A DNA stretch of 64,000 nt from Burkholderiales bacterium (lineage in GTDB: Bacteria; Pseudomonadota; Gammaproteobacteria; Burkholderiales; SG8-39), in the NCBI GenBank assembly GCA_035499735.1, contig DATJYC010000043.1, forward strand, positions 15,182 through 79,181. Reading direction: 5' to 3'. Below, one piece after another: positions 9,939-18,853 of this stretch. A program made the translations under genes and the position numbers. Under the pieces are notes generated by a model. That model worked only from the letters and a program-made list of their open reading frames with translations. It did no database searches and was not told where the DNA came from. Every line of letters begins with the position of its first letter. Within the stretch, counting starts at the first letter, position 1.

Positions 9939-11125
9939 TGTCCGCTCCCCTGAAAGGCATCCGCGTCCTCGAGCTCGGCCAGTTCATCGCGGGCCCGTAC
10001 GCGGGGCTGCAGCTCGCCGACCTCGGCGCGACGGTGATCAAGATCGAGCGGCCGGACGGCGGCGACGCCTTCCGCGCGTTCGGCTTCGCCGAGAACGCGA
10101 AAGGCTACAGCCACAACTTCTGCGCTTTCAACCGCAACAAGCTGAGCGTCGCTCTCGACGTCAACTCTCCGCGCGGGCGCGAGGCCTTTCTGAGGATGGC
10201 GCGGCAGGCGGACGTGGTGCTGGAGAACTTCCGCCCGGGCGTGATGAAGCGGCTGGGATTCGACTACGGATCGCTGAAGGCTGCCAATCCGCGGCTGGTC
10301 TACTGCTCGATCAGCGGCTTCGCCGAGGACGGTCCCTACGGCGACCGCCCCGCGTACGATGCCGTCGGCCAGGCGCTTTCCGGGCTGCTCTCCCTCTTCG
10401 TCGACCCCAAGGATCCGCGCACCCTCGGGCCGACGCTCTCCGACCAGATCACTGGCATGCAGGCATGCATGGCGGCGCTCGCGGCGCTCTACGAGCGCGA
10501 GCGCACCGGCAAGGGCGCGCGCGTCGAGGTGACCATGGTCGAAGCGAGCATGGCGCTGATCCCCGATTCCTTCACCGCGTATACGCACGCGGGTCACGTG
10601 ATGCAACCCGAGTCGCGTGCCGCCGTTTCCCTCTCCTTCGCTTTCGCCTGCGCGGACGGCAAGCTCATCGCCATCCACGTCTCGTCGATGGAGAAATTCT
10701 GGAAGGCGCTGCTCGCGGCGGTCGAGCGTCCCGACATCGGCGAGGACGCGCGGTTCCGCGACCGCATGGGCCGGATCAGGAACTACCACGCGCTGGTCGA
10801 GACGCTGCGTCCCGTCTTCGCCGCAAGACCCCGTGCCTACTGGGCCGAGCGGCTCGCGGCGCACGACGTTCCGGCGGCCGTGGTGCATTCGATCCCGGAG
10901 GCGATCGAGGAGCCCGAGGTGAAGTACCTCGGAATGCTGCACGAGCTGACCCACCCGCGATACGGAAAACAGATCGCAATGCGGCGCGCCTCGAGAATCG
11001 ATGGCGAGCGCGAGTCCCAGCCTCTCCCGCCGCCGGCGCTCGGCGAGCATACGGATCAAGTCCTGCGCGAATTCGGCTTTGCGTCCGATGAGATCGCAGA
11101 GCTGCGCGCAGGCAGTGCTGCTTGA
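9938..11125 (+). CDS. Family III CoA-transferase (CaiB/BaiF)
   Basis: LKGIRVLELGQFIAGPYAG, NRNKLS, ENFRPG, DRPAYD and PPALGEHT. TGATG overlap with the upstream gene. Confidence 0.92.
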   Translation: MSAPLKGIRVLELGQFIAGPYAGLQLADLGATVIKIERPDGGDAFRAFGFAENAKGYSHNFCAFNRNKLSVALDVNSPRGREAFLRMARQADVVLENFRPGVMKRLGFDYGSLKAANPRLVYCSISGFAEDGPYGDRPAYDAVGQALSGLLSLFVDPKDPRTLGPTLSDQITGMQACMAALAALYERERTGKGARVEVTMVEASMALIPDSFTAYTHAGHVMQPESRAAVSLSFAFACADGKLIAIHVSSMEKFWKALLAAVERPDIGEDARFRDRMGRIRNYHALVETLRPVFAARPRAYWAERLAAHDVPAAVVHSIPEAIEEPEVKYLGMLHELTHPRYGKQIAMRRASRIDGERESQPLPPPALGEHTDQVLREFGFASDEIAELRAGSAA

Positions 11126-12036
11126 AGCGCAGAACTTCCAGGAAGCTCGCAGTCGGCAGCGCTGCCCTGCTCTCCGCAATGATCACTGGTTGCGGGGGTG
11201 CGGGCGGCAGCGGGTCGAGTTCCGAATCTAACCCCACCCCAGCGTACAACTTTGTCGCCGACAGCGGCGTCCGGGTAGCGGGCGGAATCGGGCCGGTGGA
11301 GCTCGTAGTGGGCACAACGACGTATATGTACGTCGGCATCGGCGGCACCGCTACGGTCCTGGCATCGACCGACGGACTCGCGTTCACGACGGTACAGGCG
11401 ACCGTGGACGGCGGTCCCCTCATCTCGGGGGCCTGGTTTTCGTTCGTCGCGCTTCCCAGCGGAGGCTACCGCATGTATTTTGCCCGGCTGCTGGGTTCGC
11501 TCCTGAGCGCCACCTCGACGGATGGGCTCACATGGACGAGCGAGCCGGGCACACGAGTCGTGCTCAGCAATATCGCCGTGCCGAAGGTCGTCGCTCTCCT
11601 CGGCGGGGGCTATCGCGTGTACTACACGACTTCAGGAGGCCCGACGGGAATCGCGAGTGAGACCTCGAGCGATGGGCTGAACTTCACCGCGGATGACGGT
11701 CTTCGCCTTTCGCCGGTTCCCAAGAACCACGAGTGGGGAGATCCAAACGTCGTCGTCAGCGGCGGGACCTACCTGATGTCCGCGACGCAAGTACCTTCGG
11801 ACCATGTGTCATATTCGAGCATCTGGCTTTCCTCGTCTGCGGACGGAGTCACCTGGACAGACCCGATCCCGATCATCTCGAACCCGGGGGGCAGCCCCGT
11901 CGATTCGTCCTTCGCACCGCTCTCGAACGGGGCGTTCCGGGTCTACCACGGTCTTTTCCTGAACGCGCCTGCCGGACCGAACACCGGGAACGCGCAGAGC
12001 GAGATCCTCAGCGGCGTGCTCACCCCCGCTTCCTAG
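11122..12036 (+). CDS. Secreted lipoprotein with repeated Asp-box-like (S-x-D-G-x-x-W/F-T) beta-propeller blades
   Basis: Basic N-terminus and lipobox-like ITGC. Four repeats: STDGLAFT, STDGLTWT, SSDGLNFT, SADGVTWT. TTG start overlaps the upstream TGA. Confidence 0.68.
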   Translation: MKRRTSRKLAVGSAALLSAMITGCGGAGGSGSSSESNPTPAYNFVADSGVRVAGGIGPVELVVGTTTYMYVGIGGTATVLASTDGLAFTTVQATVDGGPLISGAWFSFVALPSGGYRMYFARLLGSLLSATSTDGLTWTSEPGTRVVLSNIAVPKVVALLGGGYRVYYTTSGGPTGIASETSSDGLNFTADDGLRLSPVPKNHEWGDPNVVVSGGTYLMSATQVPSDHVSYSSIWLSSSADGVTWTDPIPIISNPGGSPVDSSFAPLSNGAFRVYHGLFLNAPAGPNTGNAQSEILSGVLTPAS

Positions 12037-12043
12037 CCGGATC

Positions 12044-13195
12044 ATGGATTTCGCCTTCACCGAAGAGCAGCGCATGATGCGCGAGTCCGTTCGCAAGCTC
12101 ATGGACCGCATCGCGACGCCCGAGTACGTGCGGCGCCTGGACCGCGAGCAGGCCTACCCCGAGGAGCTGTACTCGGCCTGGGTCGACCTGGGGCTGCTGC
12201 GCGTGCCCTTCGAGGAGAAGTACGGGGGCCTCGGCGGCAGCGTCATCGACCTGATGATCGTCGCCGAGGAGATCTCGAGAAAGAGCGCCGACTTCTTCAT
12301 GGCCTACGCGGGCAGCGTGTTCTGCGCGCTCAACGTCGCCCGCAAGGGCTCGGAGGAGCAGAAGCGCCGCTGGCTTCCCAGGGTCCTGTCGGGCGAGATC
12401 AAGATGTCGATCTCGATGTCCGAGCCCGAGGCCGGCTCGGACGTCGGCGCGATGAAGACGGGCGCGCGCCGCGAAGGCGCCGACTGGGTCATCAGCGGGC
12501 AGAAGCTCTGGGCGACGGGCGCGGGCGCCCGCGGCAACGTCATCAACGTCTACGTGCGCACCGACCCGCAGGCGAACATCCGCCAGGGCATGTCGCTCTT
12601 CCTCGTCGACAACGACGCGAAGGGCCTCACGCTGCGGAAGCTCGACATGCTCGGCCGCCGCTGCACCGGCACCTACGAAGTCTTCTTCGACGGCGTGCGG
12701 GTTCCGGCAGATCGCCTCGTCGGAGGCGAGAACAGGGGCTGGGACTGCATTCTCGCGGGGCTGCAGGCCGAGCGCATCACCTCCGCCGCCGGCAATGTCG
12801 GGGCCGCGCAGGCCTGCCTCGACCTCGCCGTCGAGTACTCGAAGGAGCGCAGGCAGTTCGGGCGCGCCATCGGAACCAACCAGGCGATCGCCCACCTGCT
12901 CGCCGACATGGCGGCGGAGATCGAGGCCGCGCGCGCGCTCACCTGGCGCGCGGCGTGGATGGCCGCGACCGGGCAGGACGCGCTGCGCGAGATCTCGATG
13001 GCGAAGCTCTTTTCCTCCGAGGCCTACGTGAAGTGCGCCAACCTCGGCATGCAGGTCTTCGGCGGCTACGGCTACAGCATGGAGTACGACATGCAGCGCC
13101 ACTACCGCGACGCGCGGGCGGCGACGATCGCCGCGGGCACGTCGCAGATGCAGCGGAACATCATCGCGGGCCTGATGGGCCTGAAGGTCGGCTAG
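12044..13195 (+). CDS. Acyl-CoA dehydrogenase
   Basis: MSEPEAGSD, GQKLWAT, RRQFGRAI.NQAI, MQVFGGYGY and TIAAGTSQMQR. Confidence 0.93.
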   Translation: MDFAFTEEQRMMRESVRKLMDRIATPEYVRRLDREQAYPEELYSAWVDLGLLRVPFEEKYGGLGGSVIDLMIVAEEISRKSADFFMAYAGSVFCALNVARKGSEEQKRRWLPRVLSGEIKMSISMSEPEAGSDVGAMKTGARREGADWVISGQKLWATGAGARGNVINVYVRTDPQANIRQGMSLFLVDNDAKGLTLRKLDMLGRRCTGTYEVFFDGVRVPADRLVGGENRGWDCILAGLQAERITSAAGNVGAAQACLDLAVEYSKERRQFGRAIGTNQAIAHLLADMAAEIEAARALTWRAAWMAATGQDALREISMAKLFSSEAYVKCANLGMQVFGGYGYSMEYDMQRHYRDARAATIAAGTSQMQRNIIAGLMGLKVG

Positions 13196-13734
13196 AAGTT
13201 CACCATCAGGCCGACGTAGCCGCCCCGGTCGATATAAGGCTGCGAGCCGTCCTCCAGCTCGGCGCGCGTCCAGCGGACTCCGACGTACGCGAAGCTGTTG
13301 CGGAACACCTCGACCTCGGCGCGCAGCCCCGTGTCGTAGAAGTTCTTGCCGTCGATGAAGGTCACGACCTTGGGCGCGTAGAAAGCGTAGCCGCCGAAGC
13401 CGAAATTGCCGTTATTCGGGAACCAGCGCAGCTGGCCGCCGAGCGCCAGCGCCGCGACGTCGGAGCCGGCGACGTGGATGGCGTAGACCTTTCCCCCGAG
13501 GCCGCCGGCGACGCGCGACTTGCCGGCGTTGCCCTCGCCGGCCGCGAGCAGGCCGATGTTGAAGAGGTAGTTCTTGTCGTCCCGGTTGTACATTCCGCCG
13601 AAGGTCCAGTCGGCGGCGCCGAAGGGATTGTCGTACTTCGCCTCGATGGTGTCGTTCGACAGATTGATGTCCAGCGTTCCCGCCGTTGCGGTGACATTCG
13701 CCAGCGCGAGCACGGCGAACACGATCCAACGCAT
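13192..13734 (-). CDS. YfaZ-like small outer-membrane beta-barrel protein
   Basis: Signal peptide, LDINLSND start of the mature chain, alternating beta-strands, YAPKVVTF and terminal Phe. Confidence 0.72.
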   Translation of the reverse strand: MRWIVFAVLALANVTATAGTLDINLSNDTIEAKYDNPFGAADWTFGGMYNRDDKNYLFNIGLLAAGEGNAGKSRVAGGLGGKVYAIHVAGSDVAALALGGQLRWFPNNGNFGFGGYAFYAPKVVTFIDGKNFYDTGLRAEVEVFRNSFAYVGVRWTRAELEDGSQPYIDRGGYVGLMVNF

Positions 13735-13804
13735 GTTGCTCCTCCGAATCAAGTTGGCTCCCCTGCAAGAGACGGGCGATTATCCCACGGGACGGCGGGC
13801 AGTT

Positions 13805-15949
13805 TCAGAAATCCCAGCGGTATCCCGCGGAAAAGAAGTAACGATGTGTAACCTCCTGGAGGAAGGCGCTGCTCGTGTTCGTGTTCTCGATGCCGGCCTC
13901 GAGCTCCAGGGTGATGCTGTTGCGCCAGCGCCAGCTCGCGCGGCCCACCGGCGAGACGCGCTGGAGGGTGCTGCCGTCGTCGTTCTTCTGCCCGTACCAG
14001 AGCACCGCGCCGTCGAAGGTCCAGCTCGCGCCCACGGGGAAGCGGCTCGTGAGCTGGCCCGCCAGCCCGTGGTACGTGTCCGCGGTCACGCCGCTCACCG
14101 AGACGACGGTGACGTCGCGCGTCGCGAACACGCCCGTGCCGATCGCCTGGCTGGTGAGCGTCTTGATGTAGCCGCTGCCGGGCGTCGCGGGATAGTTGGG
14201 AGTTGCGTTCGTGTGGGAAATGCGCGTCACCTGGGCATTGAGGCCGAGCTGCCAGACGGAGGTCACCGGGTGCGTAAAGCCTCCGTATGCGATCGCCGAT
14301 TGCGCAGTCACATCCCGAGCCTGCTGACGCAGCTCGTCTTCGGTATAGATCGTGAGCAACTGGCGGATCGACGTCGTGGGCGCGCCGATGATCGCGCTCG
14401 TGGTCTGCAGCGACGGGGTCATGCGGTAGTCGAGCAGCATATTGAACGAGGTCTTCCACGGCGCGATCCAGTTCCCCTGCGCGGTCGCGATGTTGAGGTG
14501 GCGGAACAGCGTGTCGTAGTCGACCACCGACGAGAAGTACCCCTGAGGCGTGAAGTAGCGCGCCTCCGCGCCGACCGCGTCGCGGTCGGCGATGCCGTCC
14601 ACGGTCTGGCGGAACACGTAGACGTTCCCGCTCCAGCGCTGGTTGAAGGGCCCCAGCTCGGCGCTCGCCCCGTAGAAGCGCTGCACCGAATCGATGGTGA
14701 AGCCCGGCACGACCGGCTCGCCGGCGGCCAGGTTGAGCCGCGCGCTTGAGGTGAAGCCGTACCCGAGCAGAGCGCCGTCGAAGCGGCCGGGGAGGCCCGC
14801 GCTGTTGCCGGGCTGCCGTCCCAGGCGCGCGGAGGCGCTGGCGGGCTTGTACTTGTAGTCGTAGTAGGCCTGGTCCAGGCGGTTGATGCTTTCCTGTCCG
14901 GCGATGAAGTTCCGCGTGTTGACGTCCCGGAACACGATGCGGTTTTCGTGCGCGTCGTTCATAAAGCGCGCATTGAGATCGGCGCTGGTGATGAGCGCCG
15001 ACTGGTCGACGACCGAGAGCGTGGTCCGGTCGAGGGCGTTGGGCCCGAGCGGCTGGGAGTCGATCTTGCTGTTCCCGTGATAGTAGAACTGCGACAGGCC
15101 TCCGCTGACGAACGAGCGCCAGCCCTGCTGGGGCTCGGTGGGCGGGCGCAGGACCTCCGCCTGCGGCGCGGCGGCGAGGCTCGCAAGCCGCTGGCGCACG
15201 CGCACCGAGTCCTCGCCTTCCGGATATTTCTTCAGGTAGTTCTCGTACTCGGTCCTCGCGCGGGCGGTGTCTCCGCGGCGCTCGTAGGAAAGAGCGAGAA
15301 ACTCCTGCGCGTCGCGCGTCAAGGCGTTCTGGGGCAGCGCGAGCAGCTGCGTGAACGCGCGGATCGCAGCGGCGTAGTCCTCGCGCACGATCGCGCCGCG
15401 GCCATCGGCCATCAGCGCCTCGGGTGAGCCGGCGGGCGCGGGAGCCGCGGGCGGGGCGGCCGGCTGCGATGGCTCGGCCTGAGCCGACGGAGCGGGCGCC
15501 GGAGGCGTCGCCGCGGGCGCCGGAACCGCCGCGGGGGGCGCCGCCGGGCGCGGAAGCAACGCCGCCGCGGGCGGAGCGTCGGCCTTGGCCCGCGAAGTCT
15601 TCTCGAGGTTGTCGCGCTCCTGCGGGTGGACCTGGACGACGCGCGCCTCGCGAAAGCTCGCGGCGAGCTGCCGCCTCGCGCTCTCGGCGTCCCGCTGCGT
15701 GCCGAAGAAGCCCATGCACAGCTGGTAGCTCACGTTGCTTCCCGACCTCAGCACCCGCCAGTAGAGCGTGTTCCTGCGCAACGAGGCCGGGATCGGAGTG
15801 CTCGGGCGGTCCGCGACGTTCTTCACCGTCGCCAGCGCGACCACGTAGAGATCGGGCGCCGGAGCTTGGGCGCGGGCTTCCTGCGCAAGCAACGCGAGCG
15901 CGGCCAGCGCGGCGACCGCCAGGCCTCCCCTTAGGCCGGTTCTTGTCAT
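13805..15949 (-). CDS. Outer-membrane beta-barrel with N-terminal SPOR-like domain, Pro/Ala linker and TPRs (putative porin of a porin-cytochrome conduit)
   Basis: Signal peptide; SPOR-like YQLCMGFFGTQRDAESARRQL; TPRs (REDYAAAIRAF, YENYLKKYPEG); about 450 aa of amphipathic strands ending AGYRWDF. ATGA-coupled to the upstream gene. Confidence 0.8.
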   Translation of the reverse strand: MTRTGLRGGLAVAALAALALLAQEARAQAPAPDLYVVALATVKNVADRPSTPIPASLRRNTLYWRVLRSGSNVSYQLCMGFFGTQRDAESARRQLAASFREARVVQVHPQERDNLEKTSRAKADAPPAAALLPRPAAPPAAVPAPAATPPAPAPSAQAEPSQPAAPPAAPAPAGSPEALMADGRGAIVREDYAAAIRAFTQLLALPQNALTRDAQEFLALSYERRGDTARARTEYENYLKKYPEGEDSVRVRQRLASLAAAPQAEVLRPPTEPQQGWRSFVSGGLSQFYYHGNSKIDSQPLGPNALDRTTLSVVDQSALITSADLNARFMNDAHENRIVFRDVNTRNFIAGQESINRLDQAYYDYKYKPASASARLGRQPGNSAGLPGRFDGALLGYGFTSSARLNLAAGEPVVPGFTIDSVQRFYGASAELGPFNQRWSGNVYVFRQTVDGIADRDAVGAEARYFTPQGYFSSVVDYDTLFRHLNIATAQGNWIAPWKTSFNMLLDYRMTPSLQTTSAIIGAPTTSIRQLLTIYTEDELRQQARDVTAQSAIAYGGFTHPVTSVWQLGLNAQVTRISHTNATPNYPATPGSGYIKTLTSQAIGTGVFATRDVTVVSVSGVTADTYHGLAGQLTSRFPVGASWTFDGAVLWYGQKNDDGSTLQRVSPVGRASWRWRNSITLELEAGIENTNTSSAFLQEVTHRYFFSAGYRWDF

Positions 15950-16413
15950 TCTTTGTTGTCGGTGCTCGGGGTGCGCTTGTTTTCGTCGGGTGCAATCGGG
16001 AAATCGAGCAGCAGGCTGCGGCGGTCTTCGCCGAGGCGCACGTGGCTGCGGACCGGGCGCTCGTACTGGATCAGGATGCAGACCGGGTTCGGCACGGGCT
16101 CGCACCTCGGGTCGAGGGAGACCCTCACCGTGAAAGGAGGAATGGCGCCGTCTCCCCGGAAATACTTCACCTCGTCGGGAAACGGCGGCTCGCCCGGCAA
16201 AAGCGGGGCGAGCGCCTCGAGCTGCACGTTCACCAGCTCGCCGTTCTTCGACGCGTAGTCGCGGATGTAATGGACAGGGCCGGTGAGCCGCACCCTGACT
16301 CGCGGCACCGCGTCGCCTCTCTCAACGGCGATCTCGTCGATGACCGCGGCGAGCACGGGCGGAGAGGCCAGCGCCGCCCAAGCCAGAAGCGCTACGCATG
16401 AGATGCAACGCAT
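15946..16413 (-). CDS. Small secreted accessory protein, possibly AMIN-like
   Basis: Signal peptide, beta-rich IDEIAVERG...VRVRLTGPVHY...RSLLLDF, one Cys pair. Lies within the cytochrome-porin operon. Confidence 0.62.
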   Translation of the reverse strand: MRCISCVALLAWAALASPPVLAAVIDEIAVERGDAVPRVRVRLTGPVHYIRDYASKNGELVNVQLEALAPLLPGEPPFPDEVKYFRGDGAIPPFTVRVSLDPRCEPVPNPVCILIQYERPVRSHVRLGEDRRSLLLDFPIAPDENKRTPSTDNKE

Positions 16414-16420
16414 GCGGCTT

Positions 16421-17248
16421 TCAGCTCGTCCAGCGCGTGTAGGTGGAGCCCTGATTGCCCAGCGGCCTGTGGCAGCCCGAGAACGAGCAGTCGGGTCCGG
16501 TGCCGTCATGGTTGAGCGTGTTCTTCTGCATGCTTCCCAGATAAGGCGAGTTCCTCAAATGGCATGTGCTGCACTGGCCAGAGCCGTTCCCGAGACTGCT
16601 GTTGTGGTTCATCCGCTCCGCGGTGAAGGTCGTCGTGCTGGTGTGGCAGGCGTCGCAGCCCAGGCTCGCACCGTTGAGCAGCGCGGTCTTGTAGGGAATG
16701 TGGTTGGAGGGCATGGCGAGGCCAGGTCCCCCAGGGGTGTGACAGGTCTCGCAGCTTCCCGCAGCGACACCGTTGTGGTTGAACCCGGCCGGCACCCACG
16801 CCGCTGTGCGATGGCAGCTGTCGCAGGACGCAGTAGTTACCAAGTGGTTCGCCGGCTTCCCGGGCGCGAAGAAGCCGGTGTGGCAGGTCGTGCACGTCCC
16901 CGGCGCGACTGTCGCGTGGTTGTAGCGCGCGCCCTGCCAGGTGGCCGCGGAGCGGTGGCAGTTGTTGCAGGCCTCGTTCGTCTGCACGTGATTGGCGGGC
17001 TTGAAGGTCGTGGCGATGCGGCTGCCCGGGCGGTGGCAGTACTCGCACTGCCTGGGCGTGCCCGCCATCTGTCCGCCGACGTGGCAGTTCTCGCAGGGCG
17101 TGACTGCGTGCACGCCGGTGAGCGGGAACGTCGTGCGCAAGTGGTCGAAGGTGCTGCGGCCGCCCTGCGCGAACGCTGCGCCCGCGTTCAGCAGCACGGC
17201 GCCGAAAGCGATCAAGCGCGCCAGCCGAATGCCGTGTCCGGAGTCCAT
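16421..17248 (-). CDS. Multiheme c-type cytochrome (8 CxxCH plus 1 CX4CH)
   Basis: CENCH, CEYCH, CNNCH, CTTCH, CDSCH, CETCH, CDACH, CSTCH and CSFSGCH; signal peptide. Confidence 0.92.
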   Translation of the reverse strand: MDSGHGIRLARLIAFGAVLLNAGAAFAQGGRSTFDHLRTTFPLTGVHAVTPCENCHVGGQMAGTPRQCEYCHRPGSRIATTFKPANHVQTNEACNNCHRSAATWQGARYNHATVAPGTCTTCHTGFFAPGKPANHLVTTASCDSCHRTAAWVPAGFNHNGVAAGSCETCHTPGGPGLAMPSNHIPYKTALLNGASLGCDACHTSTTTFTAERMNHNSSLGNGSGQCSTCHLRNSPYLGSMQKNTLNHDGTGPDCSFSGCHRPLGNQGSTYTRWTS

Positions 17249-17261
17249 GTTGTTTCTCCCC

Positions 17262-18848
17262 TCACTGGAACAGACGCCCTGCGCCTCCCGACTTGATGGT
17301 CTTGAACGTGCTCGTGACGTGGCAGCGCTCGCAGACGGGCCCGAAGCCGCCGTTGTGGATGTCCTGCTCCGCGTGGCAGTCCGCGCAGGTGCTGGCGAGT
17401 TTGAGCTTCCCCTGCACCGGGAACCGGTGGCAGGCCAGGCAGTCCAGCCCGCGGTGCTTCCCGTCGAGGACGAAAGCGGTGCGCTTGTTGTGGTCGAAAT
17501 CCCACTGCTTCCAGCTGCGCGGGTTGTGGCATTGCTCGCACGCCATCCCGAGCTTCAGCTTGTGCTTGTCGTCCTTGCGGTGGCACGAGTAGCAGTCGGT
17601 CTTGGCGTCCTTGAACTGCGGCGTCGTGTGGCAGTCCTTGCAGGCGACCTTGGCGTGCCGGCCGAGCAGCGGGAAGCGCGTGAGTCCGTGATCGATGCGG
17701 CTCTGCTTCCAGCTCGCATCGTTGTGGCACGACTCGCACTGGGCTCCGAGCTGCCCGTTGTGCTTGTCGTCCTTCCTGTGGCACGCGATGCAGGCCGTCG
17801 CGAGCTTCTCCCTGTAGACGAATCCCTTGTGGCAGCTGACACAGGTAATCTGCGCGTGCTTGCCGCGCAGCGGATAGCGCGTGACCAGGCCGTGGTCGAA
17901 GATCGTGGCCTTCCAGTCTCTCTCGACGTGGCAGCTGTCGCACTTGTCTCCGAAGCGACCCTGATGCCCCTTCTTGTCGTCGTCCTTCTTGTGACAGGCG
18001 ACGCACGTCGTGGGCGTCTTCTCCTTGTAGAGCATGCCGGTGTGGCAGGCGTCGCAGCGGACGAACTGGTGCCTGCCCTTCAGCTCGAACTTCGTATCGC
18101 GTGCATGGCTGAACCGGGTCGTCTTCCACGCCATGTCGGTGTGGCAGGTCTCGCACTTGGCGCCGAACCTGCCGCGATGCCCCTTCTTGTCGTCGTCCTT
18201 CTGGTGGCAGGAGACGCAGGCGAGCGGAGTTCCCTTGAAGTCCTGCGTCTTGTGGCAGGACTCGCAGGCGACATCCGAGTGGGCGTTCCGCAGCGGGAAC
18301 TTCGTCTTGCTGTGGTCGAAGCGCGTCTGCTTCCACGAGATCTCGGTGTGGCAGTTGACGCACTCTGGGCCGAGCTTGCCCTTGTGCTTGTCGTCCTTCT
18401 TGTGGCACGCGTTGCAATCGTGCGCTGTGTTGCGGTACTTGACCGTCGGCACGTGGCAGGAGGCGCACTCGACCTTGGTCGAGGCGTGGGCGCCCTTGAG
18501 CAGGAAGTCGGTCTGCTTGTGGTCGAAGGTCCTGGAGTTCACGGGAGCGATGTTCGCCTTTCGCCCCTTGTGGTCGGTGTGGCAGGCGCGGCAGTCCCGG
18601 TCGGGCATGCGTCCGTGGTAGCGCCGGTGCTGCGCGACGTCGGCGGCGATCTCCTTGTGGCAGTCGAGACACTGCGTGCGCTGCCCGGCCCGGTTGAAGC
18701 GCACGTGGCAGTTCTTGCACTCGCTCTCCCACTTGGCGTGCCCCTCGATGACCTGGCCCGGCATGACCGCAGTCTCCAGGCTCTGCGCGAAAGCGCCCGG
18801 GACGAGCAGCAGGAGGAGCCATCCGGTGACCTTCGCTCGTCTCGACAT
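17262..18848 (-). CDS. 21-heme periplasmic c-type cytochrome
   Basis: I counted 21 CxxCH motifs. Signal peptide MSRRAKVTGWLLLLLVPGAFA. Start placed at ATG 18848. Confidence 0.95.
   Translation of the reverse strand: MSRRAKVTGWLLLLLVPGAFAQSLETAVMPGQVIEGHAKWESECKNCHVRFNRAGQRTQCLDCHKEIAADVAQHRRYHGRMPDRDCRACHTDHKGRKANIAPVNSRTFDHKQTDFLLKGAHASTKVECASCHVPTVKYRNTAHDCNACHKKDDKHKGKLGPECVNCHTEISWKQTRFDHSKTKFPLRNAHSDVACESCHKTQDFKGTPLACVSCHQKDDDKKGHRGRFGAKCETCHTDMAWKTTRFSHARDTKFELKGRHQFVRCDACHTGMLYKEKTPTTCVACHKKDDDKKGHQGRFGDKCDSCHVERDWKATIFDHGLVTRYPLRGKHAQITCVSCHKGFVYREKLATACIACHRKDDKHNGQLGAQCESCHNDASWKQSRIDHGLTRFPLLGRHAKVACKDCHTTPQFKDAKTDCYSCHRKDDKHKLKLGMACEQCHNPRSWKQWDFDHNKRTAFVLDGKHRGLDCLACHRFPVQGKLKLASTCADCHAEQDIHNGGFGPVCERCHVTSTFKTIKSGGAGRLFQ
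17319..18527 (-). repeat. Six intragenic tandem tri-heme repeats of about 70 aa
   Basis: Each unit reads (F/I)(D/S)H-x-T-x-F-x-L-x-G-x-H...CxxCH...CxxCH...DD-x-H...CxxCH...W (one unit has N for G; the last lacks DD and W). DNA such as cccttcttgtcgtcgtccttct recurs near 17968 and 18181. Confidence 0.88.
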
Positions 18849-18853
18849 GAGCC

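Noticed and set aside
18786-18848. SRR at the N-terminus of the 21-heme cytochrome as a Tat signal
   Set aside because: It lacks the x-F-L-K consensus, and c-type cytochromes are exported unfolded by Sec.
13805-18848. Calling the conduit MtrAB/MtoAB
   Set aside because: Heme counts (21 and 9 rather than 10), repeat type and the SPOR/TPR extension do not fit those families.
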